Shown piece by piece: positions 1 through 9,319 of a stretch of DNA of 55,502 bases. Source of the stretch: Lachnospiraceae bacterium (GTDB taxonomy: Bacteria; Bacillota; Clostridia; Lachnospirales; Lachnospiraceae); assembly GCA_017634315.1 (NCBI GenBank), contig JAGBNR010000142.1, forward strand, positions 1 to 55,502, given 5' to 3'. Each line of letters starts with the position of its first letter. Within the stretch, counting starts at the first letter, position 1. The notes beneath the pieces are model-generated. The model was not told the DNA's origin. It searched no databases and saw nothing but the letters and a program-made list of their open reading frames with translations. Position numbers and translations under genes: made by a program.

Positions 1-7
1 AAAAAAG

Positions 8-733
8 ATGTTTCCGAACAGAAAGGTTGCTGATCTCTGTTCGACAGATGTAAGAGAAAGAATAGCGTGGGACATGCTCGATGAACTTGAACCAATATTC
101 CGCAAGGAAGACGAAGAACTACTCAAAGAAAACCAATGCAGTGAAGGCATAATTGCAAGAATAGTAGAAAAGCCGTTTTCAACAAGATCATATGGTGTTT
201 TCCCAAAACCGAATTTAAGAAACGATAGGTGGCAAGCAAATATCCCATGTTATAGGGCAGACATACTCTGTGAGCAGTATCTACGGCAGCAGTATACCTG
301 TAATCAAGTGCTTGTATGGGATGCAGAGAAAAAAGGTAACAGCTGGAATAGGGGAACACATATTACCATTTCTTTCAAGGTTCGTGAACAATATGATAGG
401 GCGGCATTAGAGAAACTAAAAGAAACATGTAATAGAAATTATGACTTCATGAAGGAATTACACAATACCGGGGGTTTATACATGACGGTGCATGATCGTA
501 ATCATACGAAGGAATTTATCAGTCTTGATAAAAGCGTCATAAATCAGTTGGAGACCATTTGTATTAGAGCAGTTAGAGATAATGTTGATGCCATTCGTAG
601 ACTTGGTGAATACACCAAAGTAGAACAAATACGGGACGAAGCCTTACAAATCCAGGAGGCCGCGGGTTCGTTGAGACCGGAATCTTTTGATATGTATGGT
701 GTGATATCGTTCCTTCTTAATGAAAATGAATAA
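8..733 (+). CDS. Hypothetical protein in the integrated element, possibly 5'-truncated by the window and possibly decaying at the 3' end
   Basis: 241-aa ORF whose frame is open to the window edge; no recognisable motif; looks more AT-rich than the core genes; lies upstream of the integrase. Confidence 0.55.
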   Translation: MFPNRKVADLCSTDVRERIAWDMLDELEPIFRKEDEELLKENQCSEGIIARIVEKPFSTRSYGVFPKPNLRNDRWQANIPCYRADILCEQYLRQQYTCNQVLVWDAEKKGNSWNRGTHITISFKVREQYDRAALEKLKETCNRNYDFMKELHNTGGLYMTVHDRNHTKEFISLDKSVINQLETICIRAVRDNVDAIRRLGEYTKVEQIRDEALQIQEAAGSLRPESFDMYGVISFLLNENE

Positions 734-1152
734 TACGTGTCTGGTCTGGAGAAATTAGAGAAAGATGGTTTTTTGATAAAAGAGGACATATTCTTCTGAT
801 GAAATGTCAAATCCTACGTGTAACGAGTGGGGCTATACAGAAGAAACAGCGATGATAAAAAGGTTATGTATGACCCAAAAGAGAGCTGAAGATGTTCTGT
901 GGTGCTTTGAGGAACAGGCGCGGAAGTTATCTGTAGCAGTATAAGACAAGCCTCAATAGGGTCAGACCTTATCCGTAACAGTCAAGGACAGTAAACAACA
1001 GTCTCAGACCCCGTCAGAGGCTGAGACAGTTAGGTCGTAGAAAGAAGATGTTGCCCCGTTTTCGGGAATGGAAGTTAGTTACGAACGTTTGCTTAAGAAT
1101 TCGGAAACGGAGTAGTTCACCCAGTCGATGGGAATAGATGAGAAAGGAGGAC

Positions 1153-2478
1153 ATGCCTGTGTTAAAACTAAATACGGATAACATGGACTCCATTCTCTCT
1201 TTCTATGTGAATTGTGGTATTATTTCTTTGAGCAACGTTAGAGACCTTGATTCGGAGGCTCTAATGAAAGAAATTCTCAAAGAAGTACATCATTACAAGA
1301 TAACAAAGACAAAGGATGGGAGGTGGTCAACTTACATACCGGATAGAACAAAGCCCCACGGAAGACGTCACATAAAAAAGAAGACAAGGACAGATCTTTA
1401 TAAATTTCTTTTGGCGTACTATAAGATCAGCAGCGGAGCTTCAATTATGACTTTTGCTGAGCTATATGCGGAGTGGGTCAATTACAAAAGGAAATTTGTA
1501 GGAGCATCAAACAAAAAGCGAAGTCTGTCTCCTTCGACCATACGTAGATATGAAAGGGACTATGACAACTATATCAAGGGAACCGAGCTTGATAAGATGC
1601 TGATCTGCGAGGTTACGGCACCAAAGTTGGAACTAATGCTTACAGATATTATACAAAAGCATGACTTGGCGGAAAGATGTGCTGGAAATGTGTTAGGGTA
1701 TGTCAGACAGGCTTTTGCATATGCTCGACGAAGCCGGTATATAACAGATGATCCGGCAGAACTTGTAGACAGACTATTGTTGCTATCTACCTGCAAGTAT
1801 ACCCCGCCTAAGCCAGATTCGGAGCGTGTCCTGACAACAAAGGAACTAAAGATGTTGTATGATGCTGTGATAGTTCAGCAGAAGAGACACCCTAAGTATA
1901 TGCCAAACTATGCAATAGAGCTTGCGATACTTACAGGTATGAGGGTGGGGGAGATATCCGCGCTGCATTGGTCGGATATAGACGAGGACTGTATACACGT
2001 TGATTATTCAGAACATCGTCTGGATTACTCGGATAAGCCAAGTGAAATAGTAATAGGTGAGCCGAAGAACGGGAAGCACCGTGTTATACCGCTAACAGAC
2101 GAAATACGGGCTTTGCTGGATAAGGTGAGGCAGACGGGTATATATGATCCTGACGGTTTTGTATTTTCGCGAGAGAATGGCAAACGGTACACCGGTCACG
2201 ACATAAGCTGTGCAGTAGACCGCAGGGCAAATGAAGCCGGCATAAGAAAGACCTCAATCCATGGCATAAGACGGACAATATCTTTCTTATTGAATACTGT
2301 CCTTCCGCAAAAGGTTGTAGCGGAGATGCTCGGTCATTCAGAGAAGGTGAACGAGGAACATTACAACTACTCAATGGCTGAAAACGCTGAAAAGAAGCGG
2401 GCTTGCGAGGAAGTGTTTTCAAAAGTTTTCAATTTTTCGGACTATCAGCTCGAAGAAAAAAAGACGGGAAGTGCCTAA
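1153..2478 (+). CDS. Tyrosine recombinase / phage-type integrase
   Basis: Catalytic set present: TGMRVGE (R), PKNGK (K), HGIRR (HxxR), LGH and HY (Y). AGGAGG precedes ATG 1153; the ORF track starts at 1138. Confidence 0.93.
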   Translation: MPVLKLNTDNMDSILSFYVNCGIISLSNVRDLDSEALMKEILKEVHHYKITKTKDGRWSTYIPDRTKPHGRRHIKKKTRTDLYKFLLAYYKISSGASIMTFAELYAEWVNYKRKFVGASNKKRSLSPSTIRRYERDYDNYIKGTELDKMLICEVTAPKLELMLTDIIQKHDLAERCAGNVLGYVRQAFAYARRSRYITDDPAELVDRLLLLSTCKYTPPKPDSERVLTTKELKMLYDAVIVQQKRHPKYMPNYAIELAILTGMRVGEISALHWSDIDEDCIHVDYSEHRLDYSDKPSEIVIGEPKNGKHRVIPLTDEIRALLDKVRQTGIYDPDGFVFSRENGKRYTGHDISCAVDRRANEAGIRKTSIHGIRRTISFLLNTVLPQKVVAEMLGHSEKVNEEHYNYSMAENAEKKRACEEVFSKVFNFSDYQLEEKKTGSA

Positions 2479-2500
2479 AATAAAGCATTTCCCGACTTCT
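2461..2500. terminator. Hairpin between the convergent integrase and tRNA genes
   Basis: CGGGAAGTGC ... GCATTTCCCG inverted repeat spanning the integrase stop codon. Confidence 0.5.
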
Positions 2501-2508
2501 TAACTGAG

Positions 2509-2582
2509 TAGCGAGAGGGGGACTTGAACCCTCGACACCGCGGGTATGAACCGCGTGCTCTAGCCAGCTGAGCTATCTCGCC
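2509..2582 (-). tRNA. tRNA-Met (CAT), elongator-like; CCA not encoded
   Basis: Minus strand GGCGAGATAGCTCAGCTGGCTAGAGCACGCGGTTCATACCCGCGGTGTCGAGGGTTCAAGTCCCCCTCTCGCTA folds as a cloverleaf; anticodon arm CGCGG-TTCATAC-CCGCG. Confidence 0.95.
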
Positions 2583-2613
2583 AAATTGCACTGACACAGT
2601 TGCTAAAATAAGG

Positions 2614-2709
2614 TGAACCGCGTGCTCTTACGGAGCCAGTCGTGCACAGCACTCCTAAACGGCTCTCAAAATCAGCCACCGGCTGATTTTGCAACTGAGC
2701 TATCTCGCC
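2614..2709 (-). pseudogene. Second, broken copy of the tRNA-Met 5' half with a ~60 bp palindromic insertion in the D-loop
   Basis: Blocks GGCGAGATAGCTCAG (2695-2709) and AGAGCACGCGGTTCA (2614-2628) are identical to the tRNA but separated by foreign sequence; the 3' half is absent. Confidence 0.75.
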
Positions 2710-2742
2710 ATATCGCACCTTATTTCGTAACGTGCAAGCGAT

Positions 2743-2772
2743 ATTATACAATTTCAAAATTGGGTATGTCAA
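2743..2772 (-). promoter_or_regulatory. Sigma-A promoter for the tRNA locus
   Basis: TTGACA-18 nt-TATAAT on the minus strand. Confidence 0.75.
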
Positions 2773-2849
2773 TAATCGCTTTCAAATAATATAATCTATT
2801 TATAAGAATATGTGTCAGGCGGCCTGACATATGCGGGACGGAGGAAGGT

Positions 2850-3116
2850 ATGAAGCAGGATGATTTTGAACAATGGCTGCATTTCTTTATGCTTGATAAT
2901 GATGTCAGCCCGAATAACGTGATATACGAGGGTATCCTTCACGGTAAGATGTTTCATATGACCTACAGAGAGTTATTTGACATGATAAGACCGTATGAGG
3001 GGATGAGAAAGAGACTCAGAGAGGACTTCTGTGCGGCATCGTTTACAGGGAGCTCCATAGATCGTGCGGCTGAAAAGATAGTGGAAGAAGAGCTGATCGG
3101 AAATGGGCTGTTGTAG
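2850..3116 (+). CDS. Small hypothetical protein
   Basis: 88-aa ORF with GGAGG RBS; overlaps the start of the next gene. Confidence 0.65.
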   Translation: MKQDDFEQWLHFFMLDNDVSPNNVIYEGILHGKMFHMTYRELFDMIRPYEGMRKRLREDFCAASFTGSSIDRAAEKIVEEELIGNGLL

Positions 3117-3855
3117 GGCATTGCAGGAAGATACCGTATTTGGTGTCAGATACGCAATCAGCGATATTGCGGAAGCGGTTCCCTTTTTTCTCGGACACCT
3201 CAATGATTTTTCCGGTGGATATATCTGCTTTTCCAATGTCCATACCCTTGTCACGGCTGTAGAGAATGATGGATACAGGGAAGCACTTGACGGTTCGGAT
3301 ATCACTTTTCCCGACGGAGCTCCTGTAGCTGCAAGACTTAGGGCATCAGGTAATGCGAGAGCCCGCAGGGTAGCCGGGCCGGACTTTATGCGGGAGGTCA
3401 TGAAGGAGACATCCGACGGCTCCGTAAAGCATTTCTTTTACGGCTCCACACCGGAGACACTGAGTGCATTGAAGAGGGAACTGAAACGCAGATATCCTTC
3501 TTTGTGTATAGCGGGAGCCTATGCCCCTCCGTTTGGAAAGCTGTCGGAAAGTGAAGAAAAGGAGATCGTCAGGATCATAAACGATGCTTCACCGGATATA
3601 GTCTGGGTGGGGCTTGGTGCTCCGGTACAGGAGCTGTTCATGGCTTCTCATAAGAAGCTTTTCAAGGGTGTGATGATGGGAGTCGGAGCGGCATTTGATT
3701 TTCTGGCGGGGACAAAAAAGAGAGCACCGCTTTTTATGCAAAGGCTACGACTGGAATGGCTCTACAGACTGATAACGGAGCCTAAGAGACTCGCAGGCAG
3801 ATATTTTGTCACAAATACCAAATTCATAATATACTGTCTTACAAGACATGATTAA
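3103..3855 (+). CDS. WecB/TagA/CpsF family glycosyltransferase
   Basis: Motifs FPDGAP, RVAGPD, VWVGLGAPVQE, GVGAAFDF, LEWLYRL-EPKRL. Confidence 0.92.
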   Translation: MGCCRALQEDTVFGVRYAISDIAEAVPFFLGHLNDFSGGYICFSNVHTLVTAVENDGYREALDGSDITFPDGAPVAARLRASGNARARRVAGPDFMREVMKETSDGSVKHFFYGSTPETLSALKRELKRRYPSLCIAGAYAPPFGKLSESEEKEIVRIINDASPDIVWVGLGAPVQELFMASHKKLFKGVMMGVGAAFDFLAGTKKRAPLFMQRLRLEWLYRLITEPKRLAGRYFVTNTKFIIYCLTRHD

Positions 3856-3936
3856 GAAAGAAAGATATCATTACTGTTCAGTGCCGAGCCACGCGCTTGT
3901 CGTGGGGCTACGGGACAATACTTTGACAAGATATCA

Positions 3937-3999
3937 AGTAACTGTTCATGGCAGCTCCTTGAGCTTAGCCGAGAGGAGCGTGTTAAAGTATATATGCAG
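3937..3999 (+). repeat. Dispersed hairpin repeat, copy 1 (copy 2 at 6607-6669)
   Basis: Ungapped match to 6607-6669, 38 of the first 46 nt identical by manual count; begins GTAACTGTTCA. Confidence 0.75.
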
Positions 4000-4007
4000 A
4001 TACGATA

Positions 4008-4508
4008 TCACAGCATTTCAGAGGGGTCTATCGAAGGATCTATGGCTATCACCGCATTCTTGAATCGTTTGTCATGGGTCACTTCTTCTCCGAACCATTC
4101 AGGCGGGATGAAGTTCTCCGCAGCGGCTACTGATGGAAATTCCACCTCTACTATAACGAGCGGCTTGAAGGGTGCATCAAAGACATCCAGCTCAGCTTTG
4201 AGAGACACCCCTTCTGCCTCAATATCCAAAGGAATGATGTATCTCCTTTTCCTTATTATACGACCGTCGTGCTTTGGCAGCATATGCTCGAAAGCTTCGG
4301 AGGTAAGCGGCAGATTATATTCGACATGCGACACATCGTTATCGCTTATGCCTTTGTAGGTCAGGAAGTAGGTATCGTTCTCCCTGCGTATCCGCACCGT
4401 GGGATGCTCATTAAGATAAGCCTGCTCCATATCGATGCTGTCGTATGTGTCCAGATCCGCGGGAAGATGCGCGACTCTCCACTTCTTTTCTATTTCTATA
4501 TTATCCAT
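4008..4508 (-). CDS. CYTH domain protein
   Basis: N-terminal EIEKK (ExExK), VRIR, LTYKG, EVEF, PEWFGEEVT. Confidence 0.9.
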   Translation of the reverse strand: MDNIEIEKKWRVAHLPADLDTYDSIDMEQAYLNEHPTVRIRRENDTYFLTYKGISDNDVSHVEYNLPLTSEAFEHMLPKHDGRIIRKRRYIIPLDIEAEGVSLKAELDVFDAPFKPLVIVEVEFPSVAAAENFIPPEWFGEEVTHDKRFKNAVIAIDPSIDPSEML

Positions 4509-4605
4509 TACAATATCTCCTGTGCAGTGATATCATGTATGAAAAGACGGTTACTGAAATATTACCATAAACCGGGCATCCGGTAAAAGAAAAGGAGGCA
4601 GTATC

Positions 4606-5157
4606 ATGGGAAAGAGGCTGGCGGTACTTCTGGCTGAGGGATTCGAGGAGTCGGAGGCGATAGTACCTGTTGATATAGCGATAAGAGCCGGTGTCGAGGT
4701 GACAAAGGTGTCTGTATCGGGAAGCGGAGAGGTAAATGGTGCTCACGGTATCATGGTAAAGGCAGACACGAAGCTGTCTGAGCTGGATGCTGACGGGATT
4801 GATATGCTCATGCTCCCGGGCGGTATGCCGGGCACGGTAAATCTTGAAAGCTCCGAAGCTGTAAGGGATATTATACTGGACGTAAATAATAAGGGCAAAT
4901 ATCTGGCAGCGATATGCGCGGCTCCGAGGATATTAGGGGCTATGGGACTGCTTGCCGGAAAAAAGGCAACCGTTTATCCCGGGAACGAAGAGTATCTTAA
5001 GGGGGCTGACTATGACGCTGCGGCAAAGGCGGTCACCGACGGCAGGATAATAACCGCGAGGGGCATGGGATGCGCGGTGGAGTTTGGCAGAGAGATCGTC
5101 ACGGCACTTGTCGATGCCGAAACGGCAAGAAAAGTCCTTGATTCAATACAGTATTGA
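4606..5157 (+). CDS. DJ-1/PfpI (ThiJ/YajL) family protein
   Basis: GFEESE, LPGGMPG, AAICAAP; AGGAGG RBS. Confidence 0.92.
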   Translation: MGKRLAVLLAEGFEESEAIVPVDIAIRAGVEVTKVSVSGSGEVNGAHGIMVKADTKLSELDADGIDMLMLPGGMPGTVNLESSEAVRDIILDVNNKGKYLAAICAAPRILGAMGLLAGKKATVYPGNEEYLKGADYDAAAKAVTDGRIITARGMGCAVEFGREIVTALVDAETARKVLDSIQY

Positions 5158-5225
5158 TGATAGAATATGCAGTTGTATTGCGCTAAAAATCAGGGGCAAA
5201 TTTTTTTGAAAGGAATATATTTAAG

Positions 5226-6611
5226 ATGAGTGTACAGGTGGAAAAGTTAGAGCACAGCATGGCCAAGCTTACCGTTGAGCTGGGAGCAGAGGAGCTGGAG
5301 AGTGCCATACAGAAGGTATATCTCAAGCAGAGAGGACGCATAAGCATACCCGGATTCAGAAAGGGTAAGGCTCCGAGACAGCTTATAGAAAAGATGTACG
5401 GCGCGGGAGTGTTCTATGAGGAGGCTGCCGAAGCACTTATCAATGAATCGTATCCCGAGGCAGTAAAGGAGTCCGGAGAGGATATAGTGTCAAGACCCAG
5501 CATAGATGTGACTCAGATAGAGAAAGGCAAGCCCTTCATCTATACGGCTGAAGTTGCACTTAAGCCTCCCGTGGAGCTGGGAAAGTACAAGGGCATCAAG
5601 GTAGAGGCTGTGGATACCACGGTCACGGACGATGAGGTAGACGAGGAAATAAAGAAGGAGCTGGAAAAGAGTGCCCGTAAGGTCGAGGTGACTGACAGGG
5701 CTGCAAAGAAGGATGATGATGTGCTCATAGATTATTCCGGCAGCGTGGATGGTGAGAAGTTTGACGGGGGTACTGCGGAGGATCAGCACCTTGTGCTCGG
5801 CTCTCACAGCTTTATTGATACCTTTGAGGATCAGATCGAGGGTCACAGCATAGGAGACGAGTTTGATGTAAACGTCACGTTCCCAGAGCAGTATCATGAG
5901 AAGAGTCTGGCAGGAAAGCCGGCTGTCTTTGCGGTAAAACTGAAGGGCATCACGGAAAAGCAGATACCGGAGCTGGACGATGACTTTGTATCGGATGTAT
6001 CCGAGTTTGAGACGGTGGATGAGTACAAGGCAGATGTAAGGCAGACTCTTGAGGATCGTAAGAAGGCGGCTGCGAGAAACAAGAAAGAGGATGAGGCGGT
6101 AAAGATTCTTGTAGAGGATTCAAAGATAGAGATACCCCAGCCCATGATAGATACAGAGGCTGACAGCATGGTTCAGAACTATGAGAACCGCTTTAGGAGT
6201 CAGGGACTCACCCTGCAGCAGTATATGCAGTATACTGGTATGACGATAGATAAGCTTCGTGACGATATGAAGGAGCAGGCGAAGCTAAACATTGAGAGCA
6301 GACTCGTGCTTGAAGCGGTGGCTGAGGCAGAGGGTATTACCATTGCCGAAGAGGATATCGAGAAAGAGATCCAGACTATGGCAGACAATTACGGTATGCC
6401 TGTAGACAGCATGAAGACTCTCATAACCGACAGTGAGAGGAAGTCCATCGAGACAGACCTCAAGGTAAGAAGGGCTGTCGATGTCATCATAGACAATTCC
6501 AAAGAGGATAAGGCAAAGAAGACCGTCAAGAAGGCCGATGACGGAGACGAAGTGATCGAAAAGAAAAAGGTCGTAAGGAAATCAAAGACTGCAAAGGAGG
6601 ATTCGGAGTAA
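5226..6611 (+). CDS. tig: Trigger factor
   Basis: IPGFRKGKAP signature, FKBP-like middle domain, upstream of clpP. Confidence 0.97.
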   Translation: MSVQVEKLEHSMAKLTVELGAEELESAIQKVYLKQRGRISIPGFRKGKAPRQLIEKMYGAGVFYEEAAEALINESYPEAVKESGEDIVSRPSIDVTQIEKGKPFIYTAEVALKPPVELGKYKGIKVEAVDTTVTDDEVDEEIKKELEKSARKVEVTDRAAKKDDDVLIDYSGSVDGEKFDGGTAEDQHLVLGSHSFIDTFEDQIEGHSIGDEFDVNVTFPEQYHEKSLAGKPAVFAVKLKGITEKQIPELDDDFVSDVSEFETVDEYKADVRQTLEDRKKAAARNKKEDEAVKILVEDSKIEIPQPMIDTEADSMVQNYENRFRSQGLTLQQYMQYTGMTIDKLRDDMKEQAKLNIESRLVLEAVAEAEGITIAEEDIEKEIQTMADNYGMPVDSMKTLITDSERKSIETDLKVRRAVDVIIDNSKEDKAKKTVKKADDGDEVIEKKKVVRKSKTAKEDSE

Positions 6612-6669
6612 CTGTTCAGAGCAGTTCCTCGAGCTCAGTCGAGAGGAATGTGCCGAAACGTACATGTAG
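6607..6669 (+). repeat. Dispersed hairpin repeat, copy 2; overlaps the tig stop codon
   Basis: Ungapped match to 3937-3999. Confidence 0.75.
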
Positions 6670-6791
6670 CAGCATCCGGTTCTTTGCTCGCAGAGCAACT
6701 ACATTGACCGGATGCCCTTATCTATGAGGAACCCAAAGGGTTCCGAATAGATAGGATTCAGACGAGAAATAACCATACAGGAGGTTGGAAG

Positions 6792-7397
6792 ATGCTGGTA
6801 CCTACCGTCATAGAGACCACAAATCGTGGCGAAAGAGCATATGATATATACTCCAGACTGCTTAAGGAGAGGATCGTTTTTTTGGGAGATGAGGTCAACT
6901 CCACTACTGCAGGTCTTGTAGTCGCTCAGATCCTTTTCCTTGAAGCTGAGGATCCGGACAAGGACATTCATTTTTATATTGATTCACCCGGAGGATCGGT
7001 TACCGACGGCATGGCGATATATGATACCATGCAGTATGTAAAATGCGATGTATCTACCATATGTATAGGTATGGCTGCATCCATGGGTGCATTTCTTCTT
7101 GCCGGCGGCGCAAAGGGCAAGCGTATGATACTGCCCAATGCCGAGGTGATGATACACCAGCCTTCCGGCGGCACACAGGGTCAGGCTACGGAGATACAGA
7201 TTGCTGCCGAGCATATCCTGCGTACCAAAAAGAAGCTTAATGAGATCCTGGCGGAGAATACGGGCAATCCCGTAGAGAAAGTGGCTGAGGATACTGAACG
7301 GGACAACTGGCTTACGGCCGAGGAGGCTCTTGAATACGGTCTGGTAGATAAGATAGTCGAAAAGAGGACTGATTCCGAAAAGAAGGACAAAGAATAA
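6792..7397 (+). CDS. clpP: ATP-dependent Clp protease proteolytic subunit
   Basis: [27 protein letters not shown]. Confidence 0.98.
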   Translation: MLVPTVIETTNRGERAYDIYSRLLKERIVFLGDEVNSTTAGLVVAQILFLEAEDPDKDIHFYIDSPGGSVTDGMAIYDTMQYVKCDVSTICIGMAASMGAFLLAGGAKGKRMILPNAEVMIHQPSGGTQGQATEIQIAAEHILRTKKKLNEILAENTGNPVEKVAEDTERDNWLTAEEALEYGLVDKIVEKRTDSEKKDKE

Positions 7398-7400
7398 GAG

Positions 7401-8669
7401 ATGACTGGAAAAAAGACTACTGGAGATGACAACATCAGATGCTCATTCTGCGGTAAGACGCAGGATCAGGTCCATAAGCTCATAGCGGGCCCGAACGGTA
7501 CCTATATCTGTGATGAGTGTGTAGCGATATGCGCGGATATCATAGATGACGAGGAGATGGACGGTGAGCTGGACGGGAGTCTTGATATCAATCTTCTGAA
7601 GCCTGAGGAAATATATGACTTCTTAAATGATTATGTGATCGGACAGGAAGAGGCAAAGAAGGTACTGTCGGTCGCGGTATATAATCATTATAAGAGGATA
7701 ATGGCGGCGCAGGATGACGGCATAGAGCTTCAAAAGAGCAATATCATGATGCTGGGGCCTACCGGCTCGGGAAAGACGCTCCTTGCTCAGACGCTTGCGA
7801 AGATAATCAATGTGCCGTTTGCCATAGCCGATGCGACGAGTCTTACCGAAGCGGGATATGTCGGAGAGGATGTCGAGAACATACTGTTAAAGCTGATACA
7901 GGCTGCGGATTATGATGTCGAAAGAGCCCAGGTGGGCATCATATATATTGATGAGATAGATAAGATCGCGAGAAAGTCCGAGAATGTCTCTATCACCAGA
8001 GATGTGTCCGGTGAGGGTGTGCAGCAGGCATTGCTTAAGATAATAGAGGGTACACAGGCATCGGTTCCACCGCAGGGGGGAAGAAAGCATCCCCACCAGG
8101 AGATGATACAGATAGATACCACAAATATCCTTTTCATAGTCGGAGGAGCCTTTGAGGGACTCGATAAGGTAGTGGAGACGAGGCTTGATACCAAGTCTAT
8201 CGGCTTTGCGGCGGAGATCGGTTCGAATAAGGACAAGAGCATGAATGCCGCACTTCATAATGTGCAGCCGGAGGATCTCGTGAAATACGGTATCATTCCC
8301 GAGCTCATAGGACGTCTGCCGGTCACGGTCGCTCTTGACAATCTCGACAGGGAGGCTCTGGTAAGGATACTCAGTGAGCCGAAGAATGCCATTACCAAGC
8401 AGTATAAGAAGCTCATGGATCTGGATGGGGTAAAGCTTACATTCGAGGATGGAGCACTGGATGCGATCGCAGACAAATCCATTAAACGAAAGACGGGGGC
8501 GAGAGGTCTGAGATCCATACTTGAGGAAACGATGAGGGACTCAATGTTCAGAGTACCGTCGGATGAGTCGATAAGCGAGGTAATCATAACAAAGGATTCG
8601 GTGGAAAAAGGTACGGCACCACTTGAGGTTCATCTCGATACAAAGAAGAAAAAGAGGGTCACCCCGTAG
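7401..8669 (+). CDS. clpX: Clp protease ATP-binding subunit ClpX
   Basis: CSFCGK...ICDEC zinc finger, [19 protein letters not shown] loop. Confidence 0.98.
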   Translation: MTGKKTTGDDNIRCSFCGKTQDQVHKLIAGPNGTYICDECVAICADIIDDEEMDGELDGSLDINLLKPEEIYDFLNDYVIGQEEAKKVLSVAVYNHYKRIMAAQDDGIELQKSNIMMLGPTGSGKTLLAQTLAKIINVPFAIADATSLTEAGYVGEDVENILLKLIQAADYDVERAQVGIIYIDEIDKIARKSENVSITRDVSGEGVQQALLKIIEGTQASVPPQGGRKHPHQEMIQIDTTNILFIVGGAFEGLDKVVETRLDTKSIGFAAEIGSNKDKSMNAALHNVQPEDLVKYGIIPELIGRLPVTVALDNLDREALVRILSEPKNAITKQYKKLMDLDGVKLTFEDGALDAIADKSIKRKTGARGLRSILEETMRDSMFRVPSDESISEVIITKDSVEKGTAPLEVHLDTKKKKRVTP

Positions 8670-8704
8670 GGTGACCCTTGCCACATAATAAACGGGGACA
8701 GGCT

Positions 8705-9319
8705 ATGAAGATAAAAAATGTCGTACTGGAGCATGTAGTCGGGGTGACCACAAGGGAGCTGCCAGAAACCGTTTCGCCTGAGATAGCATTTGCGGGAAGA
8801 TCAAATGTAGGCAAGTCTTCACTGATAAACGCTCTTATACAGAGAAAGTCGTTTGCCAGGACATCGTCCACTCCGGGTAAGACACAGACCATGAACTTTT
8901 ATAAGGTGAATGATGCGGTTTATTTTGTGGATCTGCCGGGATATGGATATGCCGATGTGGGAACGGATTTCAGGAAGTCATGGGGTCCCATGATAGAGAG
9001 ATATCTGAACGGATCGGCAAATCTTAAAACGATATTTCTTCTGCTTGATGTCAGACGTACTCCTAATGCCGATGATCTGCAGATGTATGAATGGATCACG
9101 GCAGCGGGGTTTGAACCGGTTATAGTAGTGACCAAGACGGATAAACTGAAGAGATCCCTGATACCGAAAGCATTAAAGGATATACGAAGCTCACTCGGTA
9201 TCACAGCGGAGACAAAGCTGTACACCTTCTCTGCCGTGAGCAAGACAGGCAGGGATGAGATAATGGAAGAGATAGATGAGCTAACAGGACAAGGAGGAAA
9301 AGAAGATGACAAAGATTGA
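8705..9319 (+). CDS. engB: Ribosome biogenesis GTPase YsxC/EngB
   Basis: GRSNVGKSS, DLPGYG, TKTDK; ATG 8705 preferred over track start 8678. Confidence 0.95.
   Translation: MKIKNVVLEHVVGVTTRELPETVSPEIAFAGRSNVGKSSLINALIQRKSFARTSSTPGKTQTMNFYKVNDAVYFVDLPGYGYADVGTDFRKSWGPMIERYLNGSANLKTIFLLLDVRRTPNADDLQMYEWITAAGFEPVIVVTKTDKLKRSLIPKALKDIRSSLGITAETKLYTFSAVSKTGRDEIMEEIDELTGQGGKEDDKD

Larger units (their letters stand above)
1..2508. mobile_element. Right end of an integrated element (prophage, ICE or IME) inserted at the 3' end of tRNA-Met
   Basis: Tyrosine integrase ends 30 bp from the tRNA 3' end; the other boundary is not in the window. Confidence 0.7.

Noticed and set aside
2509-2582. Initiator tRNA-fMet or tRNA-Ile2
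   Set aside because: Has a G1-U72 pair and lacks the three consecutive G-C anticodon-stem pairs of the initiator; resembles Firmicute elongator Met, though Ile2 cannot be fully excluded by eye
2560-2772. 70-aa minus-strand ORF
   Set aside because: Its start is the TTG of the -35 box and it runs through the tRNA relic into the tRNA
3848-4063. 71-aa plus-strand ORF after the WecB/TagA gene
   Set aside because: Spans intergenic repeats and overlaps the convergent CYTH gene; no convincing RBS
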